Positions 1 through 15,193 of a stretch of 64,000 bases of DNA are shown here, piece after piece (within the stretch, counting starts at the first letter, position 1; every line of letters starts with the position of its first letter). The notes below the pieces were generated by a model, which had not been told where the DNA came from, ran no database searches, and saw only the letters and a program-made list of their open reading frames with translations. Source of the stretch: Escherichia coli (GTDB taxonomy: Bacteria > Pseudomonadota > Gammaproteobacteria > Enterobacterales > Enterobacteriaceae); assembly GCF_044647545.1 (NCBI RefSeq), contig NZ_CP172818.1; one strand, written 5' to 3'. The translations under genes were made by a program, and so were the position numbers.

Positions 1-213
1 CAATATTAACGCGCCAAAACGGCGACGTGTTTTCTCTCCCAGATGAACAAATTCAATCTCAAGTGGTAGCGGCAGGACATCGTTCATTAACACATCCCAT
101 AGAGAGTCGAGATCGCGTACTTTATCTTTTGCCAGACCAAAGGTTTGGCTAAAGTCGCGATAAAAATCCTCCTGACTCTCAATCTCATCAAAATCAAAGG
201 TATAAATATTCAT
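1..213 (-). CDS. yhcO: barstar-like protein YhcO, N-terminal part (3' end runs off the window start)
   Basis: Reverse-strand ATG at 211-213; translation [21 protein letters not shown]... open to position 1; position downstream of aaeB fits K-12 order. Confidence 0.6.
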   Translation of the reverse strand, partial: MNIYTFDFDEIESQEDFYRDFSQTFGLAKDKVRDLDSLWDVLMNDVLPLPLEIEFVHLGEKTRRRFGALIL

Positions 214-304
214 CTGTTGCCACCGTCACGTTTCGCGGCGAGTTCTGCCGTTCATTGCTAAGTATAGCCATGAAAAAACCGACGCTTTTGGCGTCGGTTT
301 TGAC

Positions 305-2272
305 TTAACTATCGGTCAACGCATGTTGATACTTATGGAGCATACCCGTAAGCCGATGTACTGGTTCCGTCACCTGCGGTGGCGCTTGCCAGATGCGTAG
401 CTTTTCCTGGTAGATTTCCAGTTCTTCCAGCAACTGGCCAAAGTACCGACGACGTTTATCATCGCTACGGGCAGATATCACATGGTCTGCTGTGCGGCGC
501 ATTTGCCGGTGAAACGCCGATAAATCCTCGTTAACCGGGATCGGCGCATCACGCAGGCGCTGGTGCGCGATAATCATCGTCAGTGCCAGGCGAAATTTCG
601 GCAAATCCCCTGGGAACTTATTCATCAGCAAAAACAGCTGCTGATAAAGTGCCGGGAGGTGATTCTCTTTACGACGTGCCACATTGGTAGTCATCGCGGA
701 AACAGCGGCAGAAACAAACTGATTAAGCAGTACACGTCCAGTCCTGTCGCGCGATTTATCCCGCACCAGCAAAATAACGGTGAACGCGAGCACACAGCCG
801 ACGATTTGCCCTAATGCGCTGTCGAGAAACTGACTGAAATGGAAAGTCATCGGGTTATCCAGCACGATAATATTTATGGTGCTGGCCAGCGCCCCCATCG
901 AGCCCAGTCGCCGTTTCTGTACTTCTATACCGAGGAAAAATCCCAGCACTGCCAGGCTAATACACAGCAGCAACATGCTCTGTTGAGTATTAGGGATAAT
1001 CACCAAAAAGTAGAGCAGCCCTAACGGCAGCGCGGCCAGCGTCCCGTAGATAAAGTCGATCGCCACCATGCGTGGATTTGGCAAACGCATTGCCAGTGAC
1101 GTCACTACCGCAATCATCACCATTGCACCACTGCCGGAAGTCCAGCCCGTCCACAGCCAGAAAAGCGTCCCCAGAATGCAGGAAAGTGTGGTTCGCCAGA
1201 AGTTAACCATCGCATGATGACGTTCGGCTGACTCTACTTTGACTTCCGGTTCGCCTTGCAGGATCTCTTCTTCGGTGGCGTTGATTTTTGTGTTACTGAT
1301 AACGCCGCGCTTGAGAAGCTGATAACGCGTTGCCGCCGCGACCCAGCTATAAATGGTAACAGGCGTTTCCCGTTCCCCGGTCCAGGCGATCACTCTCCGC
1401 AGGCGTTTGAGCTGCTTGTGGACGTCCTGCGCGGTTTCTACCGGCGTGTCAAAAAATTCGCGGAAAGTATCAGTGATCAATTCCGGGCGCGTATTCTGAA
1501 TAAGATAAGTTTCGCAGGATTGTGTAATCAGCGTCAGCGATAGCGTATTGATCGCTTTTAAACGTCGATTGGCCCGCGCCCAGCGGGAAGATTCCATATT
1601 CAGGTTGCTGCGCATACCTTGTAACGCCGTAGTACGTCGCACCAGATCGCCCCAGGCTTTATCGACAACTTCACCATCGCCATGTTTGATACAGAGTTGC
1701 ATTAATTGATATTGCGCGACCAGCAAACTTTCCAGCTCTCGATCCACTTCTTGTTTGATCGATCGCGGAGAAAAGAGCAAATCCGCCATAATTGCACACA
1801 CAATACCGATAACGATCTCGCTACAACGTTCGACGGCAAACTGCGGCGTAAGCAATGGTTCCGGCTGAATAGTGATCACAATGATCAGCGCGGTATAACC
1901 TGCCAGCCCCCACGCATACGAGTTTTCTATTCGTACCAGCGAGGATATCCAGGTACAAAAACCGGCCCAGATACAGCACACCAGAATCATCAATAATGGT
2001 GCGCGGATCATCGCAATGATGATTACCAGTCCGGCAATACAGCCAATAAATGTGCCGATGATGCGCAAAAAGCCACGATAGCGAATGGCGCCAGAATACG
2101 GTTCACCTCCCGCAGCAAAGGCCGGACCGGCGGCAACAATCGCCGCTGTCAGTACCGCCCAGCGTGGCGTTTCCAGCTGGAAGTGAAAGCCAACAAACAG
2201 CGCCAGTACAATGGCGGTCGCCAGTTTTACCGCAAAGCGAATATGTTGATTAGCAATGGAGAAAATACCCAT
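305..2272 (-). CDS. aaeB: p-hydroxybenzoic acid efflux pump subunit AaeB
   Basis: 655 aa ORF; membrane protein; aaeXAB arrangement with divergent LysR regulator. Confidence 0.9.
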   Translation of the reverse strand: MGIFSIANQHIRFAVKLATAIVLALFVGFHFQLETPRWAVLTAAIVAAGPAFAAGGEPYSGAIRYRGFLRIIGTFIGCIAGLVIIIAMIRAPLLMILVCCIWAGFCTWISSLVRIENSYAWGLAGYTALIIVITIQPEPLLTPQFAVERCSEIVIGIVCAIMADLLFSPRSIKQEVDRELESLLVAQYQLMQLCIKHGDGEVVDKAWGDLVRRTTALQGMRSNLNMESSRWARANRRLKAINTLSLTLITQSCETYLIQNTRPELITDTFREFFDTPVETAQDVHKQLKRLRRVIAWTGERETPVTIYSWVAAATRYQLLKRGVISNTKINATEEEILQGEPEVKVESAERHHAMVNFWRTTLSCILGTLFWLWTGWTSGSGAMVMIAVVTSLAMRLPNPRMVAIDFIYGTLAALPLGLLYFLVIIPNTQQSMLLLCISLAVLGFFLGIEVQKRRLGSMGALASTINIIVLDNPMTFHFSQFLDSALGQIVGCVLAFTVILLVRDKSRDRTGRVLLNQFVSAAVSAMTTNVARRKENHLPALYQQLFLLMNKFPGDLPKFRLALTMIIAHQRLRDAPIPVNEDLSAFHRQMRRTADHVISARSDDKRRRYFGQLLEELEIYQEKLRIWQAPPQVTEPVHRLTGMLHKYQHALTDS

Positions 2273-2277
2273 CGTGA

Positions 2278-3210
2278 TTAACCAAACTCACGCAGGCGAT
2301 GGGCCATTTTACGGAAGAACGAATCCTGGCTTTCGTCGCGATCTTGTTTGCCAGTGACCACCACTGTAGCAGTGGTGCCCGCAGGCCAGATGTTCTCTTG
2401 CTGGTTGTCGAGACGAATACGTACCGGAACACGTTGCGCCAAACGTACCCATTCAAGGTTAGAGTCGATGGTCGCCATCCCTTTGTCGTCACGCGTGCTG
2501 CTGGCGTTGGTGACCCCAGCGGCAACACTATCAACAGTCCCTTTCAGCACTTTGTTACTGCCAAGCGGCGTGATCTCCGCACGATACCCAGGGCGCACCC
2601 CTTCCAGCTTGGTTTCTTCCATATAGGCCAGTACATAGAAAGAGTTCTGTTTCACCAGCGCAACCGCCGTTGATCCACGGGTAATAAACTCACCGGTATA
2701 GACGTTGAGGTTGGTCACCCAGCCATCTGCTGGCGCGCGGATGACTGTACGTTCAAGATCCAGTTTTGCCAGATCGCGGGTCGCCTGCGCTTTCGCTAAC
2801 TGATGCAGAACCGTTTGTAGTACGTTGTTGGCCTGGTCGATCTCTTCGCGAGACATCGCCTGCACACCGAGACGGTTACGACGTCCGGCCTCCTGGCGTT
2901 TCTCCTGTGCCAGTACCTGATAATAAGCAACATCGGCTTGCGCTTCCTCAAGCGCCTTTTGATAGCGCGGCTGGTCGATGATGAACAGTACCTGTCCTTT
3001 TTTCACCAGCTGGTTATCATGAACATTCACCTGGGTGATAAGTCCAGAAACGTCCGGCGCGATCGCAACGACGTCAGCGCTAAAGCGCGCGTCACGCGTC
3101 CAGGGGGATTCGGTGTAATAGACCCAGGCATTAAAAATTGCGATGAAGGCCAGAATGACTAATACGACCGTGATGGCCGTACGGGAGAATTTTCTTATTA
3201 GTGTTTTCAC
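2278..3210 (-). CDS. aaeA: efflux pump membrane-fusion subunit AaeA
   Basis: 310 aa ORF immediately upstream of aaeB on same strand; HlyD-like profile. Confidence 0.9.
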   Translation of the reverse strand: MKTLIRKFSRTAITVVLVILAFIAIFNAWVYYTESPWTRDARFSADVVAIAPDVSGLITQVNVHDNQLVKKGQVLFIIDQPRYQKALEEAQADVAYYQVLAQEKRQEAGRRNRLGVQAMSREEIDQANNVLQTVLHQLAKAQATRDLAKLDLERTVIRAPADGWVTNLNVYTGEFITRGSTAVALVKQNSFYVLAYMEETKLEGVRPGYRAEITPLGSNKVLKGTVDSVAAGVTNASSTRDDKGMATIDSNLEWVRLAQRVPVRIRLDNQQENIWPAGTTATVVVTGKQDRDESQDSFFRKMAHRLREFG

Positions 3211-3217
3211 TTCAACC

Positions 3218-3421
3218 TCAAACGAACAGTCGCGATATCAAATAAAACAAGCAGCAATAGAGCGCGGTGTTGAACAACGCCGGATGCCAGACAAAGTCGT
3301 AGATACCTGTTGGCACAAGTACCCGGCGCACCAGCCAGAAAATCGCCAGTGATAAAAGCAATTCGAAAAATATCGGTGGGAAGGACAGCCCAAACACCAC
3401 GATAACGGGAAACAGACTCAT
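3218..3421 (-). CDS. aaeX: small membrane protein AaeX
   Basis: 67 aa hydrophobic ORF ([16 protein letters not shown]...) inside the 90 aa track ORF; start trimmed to the internal Met. Confidence 0.8.
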
Positions 3422-3603
3422 GTTGACCTTGGTTGTATAGAGAGAGCAGGCGTTATTATTTTCAGCATCTGTCGCCGCAGAGAAGGGCATGGAAAGCCGG
3501 GCGAGAGCAACATTGCTGTAGATTGATATTTAATATATTAGCGTAACTGTTATGCTGTTATCTATATTATGTGATCTAAATCACTTTTAAGTCAGAGTGA
3601 ATA

Positions 3604-4533
3604 ATGGAACGACTAAAACGCATGTCGGTGTTTGCCAAAGTAGTTGAATTTGGCTCTTTTACCGCCGCCGCCAGACAGCTACAGATGAGCGTTTCGTCCA
3701 TCAGTCAGACGGTGTCAAAACTGGAAGATGAGTTGCAGGTAAAGCTGTTAAACCGTAGCACACGCAGCATTGGCCTGACCGAAGCCGGTAGAATTTACTA
3801 CCAGGGCTGCCGTCGGATGCTCCATGAAGTGCAGGATGTTCATGAGCAACTGTATGCCTTCAATAACACCCCCATCGGGACGCTGCGCATTGGCTGTTCT
3901 TCAACTATGGCACAAAATGTTCTCGCCGGGCTGACAGCAAAAATGCTGAAAGAATACCCAGGTTTGAGCGTCAATCTGGTTACCGGAATTCCTGCCCCCG
4001 ACCTGATTGCCGATGGTCTGGATGTGGTGATCCGCGTCGGCGCGTTGCAGGATTCCAGCCTGTTTTCCCGCCGTCTGGGCGCGATGCCGATGGTGGTGTG
4101 CGCCGCGAAAAGCTATCTCACACAATACGGCATACCGGAAAAACCCGCCGATTTGAGTAGTCATTCATGGCTTGAATACAGCGTGCGGCCCGACAATGAA
4201 TTTGAACTGATCGCACCGGAAGGGATCTCGACTCGCCTGATCCCACAAGGAAGATTTGTGACTAATGATCCGATGACGCTGGTGCGCTGGCTGACGGCGG
4301 GTGCCGGGATCGCCTACGTGCCGCTGATGTGGGTGATCAACGAGATCAATCGTGGGGAGCTGGAGATCCTGCTGCCGCGTTATCAGTCAGATCCACGCCC
4401 GGTTTATGCGTTATATACCGAAAAAGATAAGCTGCCGCTGAAGGTACAAGTCGTGATCAACTCGCTAACGGATTATTTTGTTGAGGTCGGTAAATTGTTT
4501 CAGGAGATGCACGGGCGCGGGAAAGAGAAGTAA
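3604..4533 (+). CDS. aaeR: LysR-family transcriptional activator AaeR
   Basis: 309 aa ORF; N-terminal HTH (FAKVVEFGSFTAAARQLQMSVSSISQTV); divergent from aaeXAB. Confidence 0.9.
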   Translation: MERLKRMSVFAKVVEFGSFTAAARQLQMSVSSISQTVSKLEDELQVKLLNRSTRSIGLTEAGRIYYQGCRRMLHEVQDVHEQLYAFNNTPIGTLRIGCSSTMAQNVLAGLTAKMLKEYPGLSVNLVTGIPAPDLIADGLDVVIRVGALQDSSLFSRRLGAMPMVVCAAKSYLTQYGIPEKPADLSSHSWLEYSVRPDNEFELIAPEGISTRLIPQGRFVTNDPMTLVRWLTAGAGIAYVPLMWVINEINRGELEILLPRYQSDPRPVYALYTEKDKLPLKVQVVINSLTDYFVEVGKLFQEMHGRGKEK

Positions 4534-4570
4534 TTAATATTGTACTGTTACGTAGTACAAACCTGTGCCA

Positions 4571-4622
4571 ACGGGTTCCCCTCCCCCTAACCCCAGAGGG
4601 GCGAGGGGACCGTTCGTACACG
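4571..4622. terminator. GC-rich imperfect palindrome between convergent aaeR and tldD (candidate bidirectional terminator or BoxC-like repeat)
   Basis: cgggttcccctccccct aaccccag aggggcgaggggaccg forms an imperfect stem of about 16 bp. Confidence 0.4.
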
Positions 4623-4660
4623 GAGAAGGATTAATTATCCTTCTGAAAATACTGAAATTA

Positions 4661-6121
<1,461 letters not shown>

Positions 6122-6151
6122 TTAGTTACTGCAGTAGAGGTTTTTACGGCT

Positions 6152-6187
6152 GCCGGATGCGGCGTGAACGCCCTGTCCGGCCTACGG
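6152..6187. repeat. REP (repetitive extragenic palindrome) element
   Basis: gccggatgcggcgtgaacgccctgtccggcctacgg matches the classic REP consensus; lies between tldD and yhdP. Confidence 0.7.
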
Positions 6188-6259
6188 TTATGTTCTGGCT
6201 CGTTGGCCTTTGGCAACGATTATCCTATGAGATTGGGGCAATTACGCGCCCTCGTCAAA

Positions 6260-9200
6260 TCATTGCGCTTTTTCTTTACGCGGTTGTCGCAACACTTCGT
6301 TGATTTGCGGATCGTCCAGCGGACCCGAAATGTGATAGCGCAAAATGGAGACTTTGCTCCACAGCGGTCCCAGCACTTTACTGGCGGCAAACACTGCCGC
6401 GCCAACAATGGGGTTAACCGCAAAGGCCGCAGCCACACCCACCGTCGCAGAAATCTCTGGTGCGACAACCGCTTCCATATTCAGGTCGCGACGTACCAGA
6501 TTTACCGACCCTTTCATAGCGATGTCCGCTTCCAGGCCATCCACCAGCGTGTCGTCGGTGTGCATAACGCCGTCTTTAATCCACGCGGTGCTGCGAATGG
6601 AGTCAAAATAGAACCCTTCGCCAAAAGTGTCTCTGAAATCAAAACGCAGCTTACGCATCAGGGCATCTACGCTCAATAAGCGCAGCAATTGCCCGGCATG
6701 TCCGGTATTGATTTCGGTAATTTCGCCTTTACCCAGTTGAGTATGAATGATGCCATTCAACGTCGCCTCATCTGGCTGCCAGGGTGCTTTGCGCCAGTGT
6801 AAATCGTAATCCACATTAAATGACGACTGGCGTATGGGCGTCGTGACACCAAAAAATTCTGCGGCGGCATCAATTTTCTGCCCGCGCAGTTTTCCTTTCA
6901 GCGAGGTACGTTCATTCCCCGGATTGTTAACCCATTCACCATCGGCAGTGAGCCGCGAAAAACCAGTATCAATCAGTCCATTAGTCAGCGTTAACGTATC
7001 GCCAGAAATGGTGATATCACTGTCAATGCGACCGAATTTTTGCCCCCAGAACCAGCACTCTGCGCATCGTATTTGTGCGTCTGGCCAGCCACGGAAGTTA
7101 ATGCGTTCCGTTGTCGGGAAAGGTGATGACGGCGTTGAATCACCAAGAGTTTTCGCCACGCTTGGGTTGTAATAAAGATATTTGATATTCGCCAGCCACG
7201 GTGCGTTATTACGCATCGCCAGCGTGGCGTTGATTTCACGCCCTTGCGCCTCAACCTGGGTGCCATTTGCCGTCGGTTGCGAAACAATACTCAGGTTATT
7301 CCATTGCTGATTTCCCAGCGACAACATAGGCGTACGTAACGTTATGTGTTGTGGGAAACTCGCTGCACCACCGACACTCTCCGCCGCGCCTTTCTGGAAC
7401 AGGGCCAGCCACTCGGCACCATTCATCGGCGGCATATTGAGTTCAACGCCACTTTGTTCCGGCAACGGCGGGAGCGTTTTACTGTCTGCCGCCCAAATAG
7501 CACGGTCGAGCGTCAGCTTTTGACCAAGCAACCAGCGGCTATTGAAATGGTTATCTGCACCAGCCTGTCCGGTTAACTCAAAGCTGTTGAGATTGCCATC
7601 AACCTTAACGTTTACCGGCAGTGGTTCACCCGCAGGTTTGGCTAACGGTGAAGGTAAGTGACTGCTCACATTCTTCAAATCGCCGTTTAGCTCTACGTTA
7701 TAGGTCGCGCCAGCATGATAAGGCAGATCAATGCCCACTTTACCATCCCACGCCACGCTGCCACTTAATGCTTCGTTCACCGCTTCAGGCAGAACGCCGG
7801 TTTTCGCTGGTTGCCAGTTACCGTTGAGATTCACCGCGACCTGGTAGGCTTTTGCCCCTTCTTTGGTGGAAAAATCCACGTTCAACGGCTGATTAAACCA
7901 GCTTGCTGTCAGTGGTTCACTTTGCAGATCGCCATTAATAAAGCTGAATTTCCCGCTCAAATTTTTCAGGGTGCTGTCGAGTGGTTTGATAAACAGACTG
8001 TTATTACGCAGCGTCACTTCACCTTTCGCGGTTACCAGTTCGCCGTTCAGCGGAATATCGAGATGTAAGCGAGCATTCACATCGCCGTCGAGCTGGAGTT
8101 CTTGCAGGGTCGCCCCCAGAGAATCTTTCAGCGGTGTCTCATCAAAGTAAGGGCCGACGGCTTTACCCGGGCCTTTAATGTCAGCGTCAATCAGCAGTTT
8201 TTCTTTTGAGTAGTCAGGGATCACTGCGGTGAGATTACTCGCACGCACGCCGCCCAGATTAACGCCATCGGTTTTCATCCATAAACCGTCGTTAATAAAG
8301 TCCAGTTCAATATCAAGGTTAGTTAATGCAGGCCAGTCCGGCTGGAAGGCAAACTTCGCGTTGCGCAGCGGCACCAGCACTTCAAACTGACCTTCATTGT
8401 GTTTATAGGGGAAGAGTTGCGGATTGCCACCATAAACCAGCGTCGCGTTATCCGCTTCACCGCCCTGAATCGCGCCACTTAAGTAATCAACCAGGTCTTT
8501 ACCCATCAAGTTTTCCGGGAAATAGCGCCAGGCTTGTGAACCATCATCGGTACTGATGCCAGCCAGAATCCCCAGCCAGGGTTCATCGTTAGCAGGTTGC
8601 AGGTAACGAAAATCGCCGCGCGCATGGACGGCTTTGGCTTTAACGTCAATATTACGTCCATCCAGCTGGAAACCTTTGTCATTGTTCAGCCAGCTTATCG
8701 TTGCCTGGCCGTCGGCGATTTCCAGTGGTGCACGGAATACCGTTTCGTAAGGCATCTTTGCCTGCTTCATCGACGCGGTAAGCAAACCATTTTCTACGCT
8801 GCCGGAAAGCGTCCCGGAGAAGTGTTCCGCACCCGGTAATAATTTCCATTGCTTCCAGGCCAGATCGCTCCACGATGCCTGAAAACGGGTCTTGTCTGCC
8901 GCCTGAAGCGGGATATCCAGCGCCAGAGTGTTAATCTTGCCGCTCGGTTGTGTGGAGCGCCAAACATCACCCAGTGCAGGTGAAAGTTTCGCGACCAGCG
9001 GGCGTACGCCCTCCAGGCCTGCCAGCTCCAGATTACTGGCGCGAATCCGGAGTTCGTCACTGCGTTTATTGTCTTTGCCGCCAACGTCCTGTTTCGGTAT
9101 CCAGGCCAGCGTCAATGCTCCGCTCGGCCAGGGTTTGCCGTCCATCGTGATCCGTGTATCGGGAATAGAGAACTGCCATCCCGGATTTTCACGCGTAATA

Positions 9201-10060
9201 TGCGCAGTCAGATTATCCACCGACAGCGTATGTGTTTCCTTCTCGCCCAACCAGCTGGCACCGCCCTGTTTCAGCCAGACGTCACCGCCGGTTACATCGC
9301 CTTTGTCGATCGTCATCCAGCCTTCAAGGGAGAACTGTGCCGTTTCCAGCGCAATATTGTCCTGCATCCATTTACCGAGCCACGGCTTCAGGTCGATGTC
9401 ATCCGCCTGGAGCCAGACGCGACCATTGCTTAACAACCCCTCATCATCGCGCAAATCCATACGCACCTGCATCACGCCGTGCTGTCCGGTAAGGCTGGAG
9501 AGGCTTACCAGGCCTTCCGCACGGTGTCGACGTGGATCGTTCAGCCAGGTGAGCTGTGGGATCGCCAGCTCGGCGCGCTGACTGGATGGCGTCAGGAAAC
9601 TGACTTCACTGTCGCGGAGATCGAAATGGTCAAATTGACGAAGAAACAGATCGCTGATGTGACTGGCTTCCAGGCTATCATTACCACCGCCGCTGGTGAT
9701 AGGAGTGTTGGTGCGAAAGCGCAGCTGCCAGAAAGTGAGGTCGCGAAACTGCCAGCGCATATGTAACAGGCTCTGCCAGACATCCAGCGCCAGAGTAACG
9801 CGTTTAACCGAAAATTCGCCGCCATCTTTTAGTTCTGCACGGATGTCGTGCGCTTCAAGCGTCGGACCAAAATTCTGCCAGCTGGCTGAGAGCTGACTGG
9901 CTTCTACCGGCATGCCAGTCGCGGATTCTATTTTGTTGAGGATTTCCGGACGCCAGGCGTCAAGATGCGGTAAAGCAATACGCAGGCCGCTAACCAGCAG
10001 GGCAGCGATCACAACGAGCGCAGCTCCAGTAAGCAGTAAAATCCCCGGCAATCGCCTCAC
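6260..10060 (-). CDS. yhdP: AsmA-family envelope protein YhdP
   Basis: 1266 aa ORF; N-terminal signal anchor; length and position match K-12 YhdP. Confidence 0.9.
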   Translation of the reverse strand: MRRLPGILLLTGAALVVIAALLVSGLRIALPHLDAWRPEILNKIESATGMPVEASQLSASWQNFGPTLEAHDIRAELKDGGEFSVKRVTLALDVWQSLLHMRWQFRDLTFWQLRFRTNTPITSGGGNDSLEASHISDLFLRQFDHFDLRDSEVSFLTPSSQRAELAIPQLTWLNDPRRHRAEGLVSLSSLTGQHGVMQVRMDLRDDEGLLSNGRVWLQADDIDLKPWLGKWMQDNIALETAQFSLEGWMTIDKGDVTGGDVWLKQGGASWLGEKETHTLSVDNLTAHITRENPGWQFSIPDTRITMDGKPWPSGALTLAWIPKQDVGGKDNKRSDELRIRASNLELAGLEGVRPLVAKLSPALGDVWRSTQPSGKINTLALDIPLQAADKTRFQASWSDLAWKQWKLLPGAEHFSGTLSGSVENGLLTASMKQAKMPYETVFRAPLEIADGQATISWLNNDKGFQLDGRNIDVKAKAVHARGDFRYLQPANDEPWLGILAGISTDDGSQAWRYFPENLMGKDLVDYLSGAIQGGEADNATLVYGGNPQLFPYKHNEGQFEVLVPLRNAKFAFQPDWPALTNLDIELDFINDGLWMKTDGVNLGGVRASNLTAVIPDYSKEKLLIDADIKGPGKAVGPYFDETPLKDSLGATLQELQLDGDVNARLHLDIPLNGELVTAKGEVTLRNNSLFIKPLDSTLKNLSGKFSFINGDLQSEPLTASWFNQPLNVDFSTKEGAKAYQVAVNLNGNWQPAKTGVLPEAVNEALSGSVAWDGKVGIDLPYHAGATYNVELNGDLKNVSSHLPSPLAKPAGEPLPVNVKVDGNLNSFELTGQAGADNHFNSRWLLGQKLTLDRAIWAADSKTLPPLPEQSGVELNMPPMNGAEWLALFQKGAAESVGGAASFPQHITLRTPMLSLGNQQWNNLSIVSQPTANGTQVEAQGREINATLAMRNNAPWLANIKYLYYNPSVAKTLGDSTPSSPFPTTERINFRGWPDAQIRCAECWFWGQKFGRIDSDITISGDTLTLTNGLIDTGFSRLTADGEWVNNPGNERTSLKGKLRGQKIDAAAEFFGVTTPIRQSSFNVDYDLHWRKAPWQPDEATLNGIIHTQLGKGEITEINTGHAGQLLRLLSVDALMRKLRFDFRDTFGEGFYFDSIRSTAWIKDGVMHTDDTLVDGLEADIAMKGSVNLVRRDLNMEAVVAPEISATVGVAAAFAVNPIVGAAVFAASKVLGPLWSKVSILRYHISGPLDDPQINEVLRQPRKEKAQ

Positions 10061-10127
10061 CCGTCACTCCTTGTCTGCTAAAAATGTGACTCAAAAACCC
10101 TTTGCCGGATGGCGGCCCAGCATCTGT

Positions 10128-11597
10128 TTACATCATTACGACGTCAAACTGCTCCTGGTTATAGAGCGGTTCAATTTGTACTTTAACCTGTTTGCCAACG
10201 AAAATTTCCACTTCCGCCAGCGAGTGTGACTCTTCGCCTTTCAAGGCTTCAGCTACTGCCGGAGAAGCATAGACCAGGAAACGGTCGGAGTCGTAAGCAT
10301 GGTGGACACGAACAATCTCGCGCATGATTTCATAGCATACCGTTTCCACGGTTTTCACCGTTCCGCGACCGTGGCAGGTTGGGCATTCGTTACACAGTAC
10401 GTGCTCAATGCTTTCGCGGGTGCGTTTACGCGTCATCTCCACCAGCCCCAGCGCCGAAAAACCATTAACGCTGGTTTTCACCCGATCTTTGCTCAACGCC
10501 TGCTCCAGCGAGTGCAGCACGCGGCGGCGGTGATCTTCATTATTCATATCGATGAAATCAATAATGATAATCCCGCCCAGATTACGCAACCGTAACTGGC
10601 GAGCGATAGCCTGCGTCGCTTCAATATTGGTATTGAAAATGGTGTCGTCCAGATTGCGATGACCGACAAACGCCCCGGTATTGATGTCCACGGTGGTCAT
10701 CGCTTCGGTCTGGTCGATAATCAGATAGCCACCGGATTTCAGTTCTACTTTGCGTTCCAGCGCCCGCTGGATTTCGTTTTCGACATCAAAGAGATCGAAA
10801 ATCGGCTGGCGTCCGGTGTAATGCTCCAGCTTGCTGGTCATCTCGGGAATGTACTCCGAGGTAAACTCCAGCAATGCTTCGTAAGTCAGGCGTGAGTCAA
10901 CGCGAATGCGGTCGAGTTCGGCGTCGGCGAAATCACGCAGAACACGCTGCGCCAGCGCCAGTTCGCCGTACAGCTGATAACGGGTCTGTGGGCGCTTTTT
11001 ACGCTCCATAACTTTGGTCCAGACGCGTTTCAGATAAGCGGCATCGGAGGCCAGTTCAGCCTCGCCAACCCCTTCCGCTGCGGTACGGATGATAAACCCG
11101 CCCTGCTCGTCGCAATACTCTGCGACCACTTTTTTCAGGCGTTCACGTTCTGATTCGCTTTCAATTCGTTGGGAAACCCCAACGTGAGAAGCCCCTGGCA
11201 TAAATACCAGATAGCGAGAAGGCAGCGTGATATCGGTGGTCAGGCGCGCACCCTTAGTGCCAAGCGGATCTTTCACCACCTGCACCATCAGATCTTGCCC
11301 CTGACGGACCAGCTCCGAGATGTCGCGCACCGTGAATTGCTTTTGTTCTTCACCCGCCACACATTCGGTGTGCGGCATGATGTCGGATGCATGAAGAAAC
11401 GCGGCTTTATCCAGCCCAATATCTACAAAAGCCGCCTGCATACCCGGAAGTACACGACTTACACGACCCTTGTAGATATTGCCTACTATTCCGCGTCGCG
11501 CCTCACGTTCAATATGAATTTCCTGCAGAATACCGCCATCAATATACGCCACTCGCGTTTCCGAAGGCGTTACGTTTACTAACAATTCAGCCGTCAT
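10128..11597 (-). CDS. rng: ribonuclease G
   Basis: 489 aa from internal Met ([17 protein letters not shown]...); track ORF is extended 6 codons upstream. Confidence 0.9.
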
Positions 11598-12180
11598 GTT
11601 TATCCCTTTTCTCACGCAGTGCGTTAAAATTACTTAATAATTCATACGTTTCAACCAGCGGTAAGCCGACTACGGCGTGATAGCTGCCATTTATCTTCCT
11701 GACAAAACAGCCACCCAGCCCCTGAATACCGTATGCACCTGCTTTATCTAACGGTTCACCGCTGGCGACATAGCCCGCGATGTCTTCGTCTGTTAACGTT
11801 CTGAAAGTCACATCGGTGACCACCAGGCAATCGAGAATGTGCTGGCTGTCGGCCAACGCCACTGCCGTCATTACCTGATGGGTCTGACCCGATAATTTGC
11901 GCAACATCTGCACCGCATGCTCTGCGTCGCGCGGTTTCTCCAGCACTTCTCCATTCAGGATAACGATAGTATCCGCACCCAGCACCGGGAGATCCTGCGC
12001 CGTTTGCGCGACACCCGCCTGTGCTTTCTCGCGCGCCAGACGCACAACATATTGCTGCGCGCTCTCCTGCGGCTGACGCTGCTCCTCAATGCCCGTAACA
12101 ATACGTTCAAAGGTTACGCCAAGTTGCGCAAGTAACTCCTGACGACGCGGAGAACCGGAAGCTAAATACAGAGAAGTCAT
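11587..12180 (-). CDS. yhdE: Maf-like nucleoside triphosphate pyrophosphatase
   Basis: 197 aa ORF; Maf family; immediately downstream of mreD. Confidence 0.85.
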   Translation of the reverse strand: MTSLYLASGSPRRQELLAQLGVTFERIVTGIEEQRQPQESAQQYVVRLAREKAQAGVAQTAQDLPVLGADTIVILNGEVLEKPRDAEHAVQMLRKLSGQTHQVMTAVALADSQHILDCLVVTDVTFRTLTDEDIAGYVASGEPLDKAGAYGIQGLGGCFVRKINGSYHAVVGLPLVETYELLSNFNALREKRDKHDG

Positions 12181-12188
12181 AGAAACCT

Positions 12189-13780
<1,592 letters not shown>

Positions 13781-13845
13781 AAGTTATGCGTATTCTCGTA
13801 TCAGACCAGGCAGGGTAAACAGACGCTTCCCCTGCCTGCATCCGA

Positions 13846-15015
<1,170 letters not shown>

Positions 15016-15193
15016 TTACAAATCTCTGCCTGAGTCCAGAAAGGCTTAATGCATCAGCAGCATTCCTCGCCTGTTTGCAACCGCGTAAGGTCATTCATCT
15101 GCATATGTGCTGCAACAATCTGGCGAGCAGACAAGCACACTCCCATGAGACGCAGCGCGCGTTATTCTACGTGAAAACGGATTAAACGGCAGG

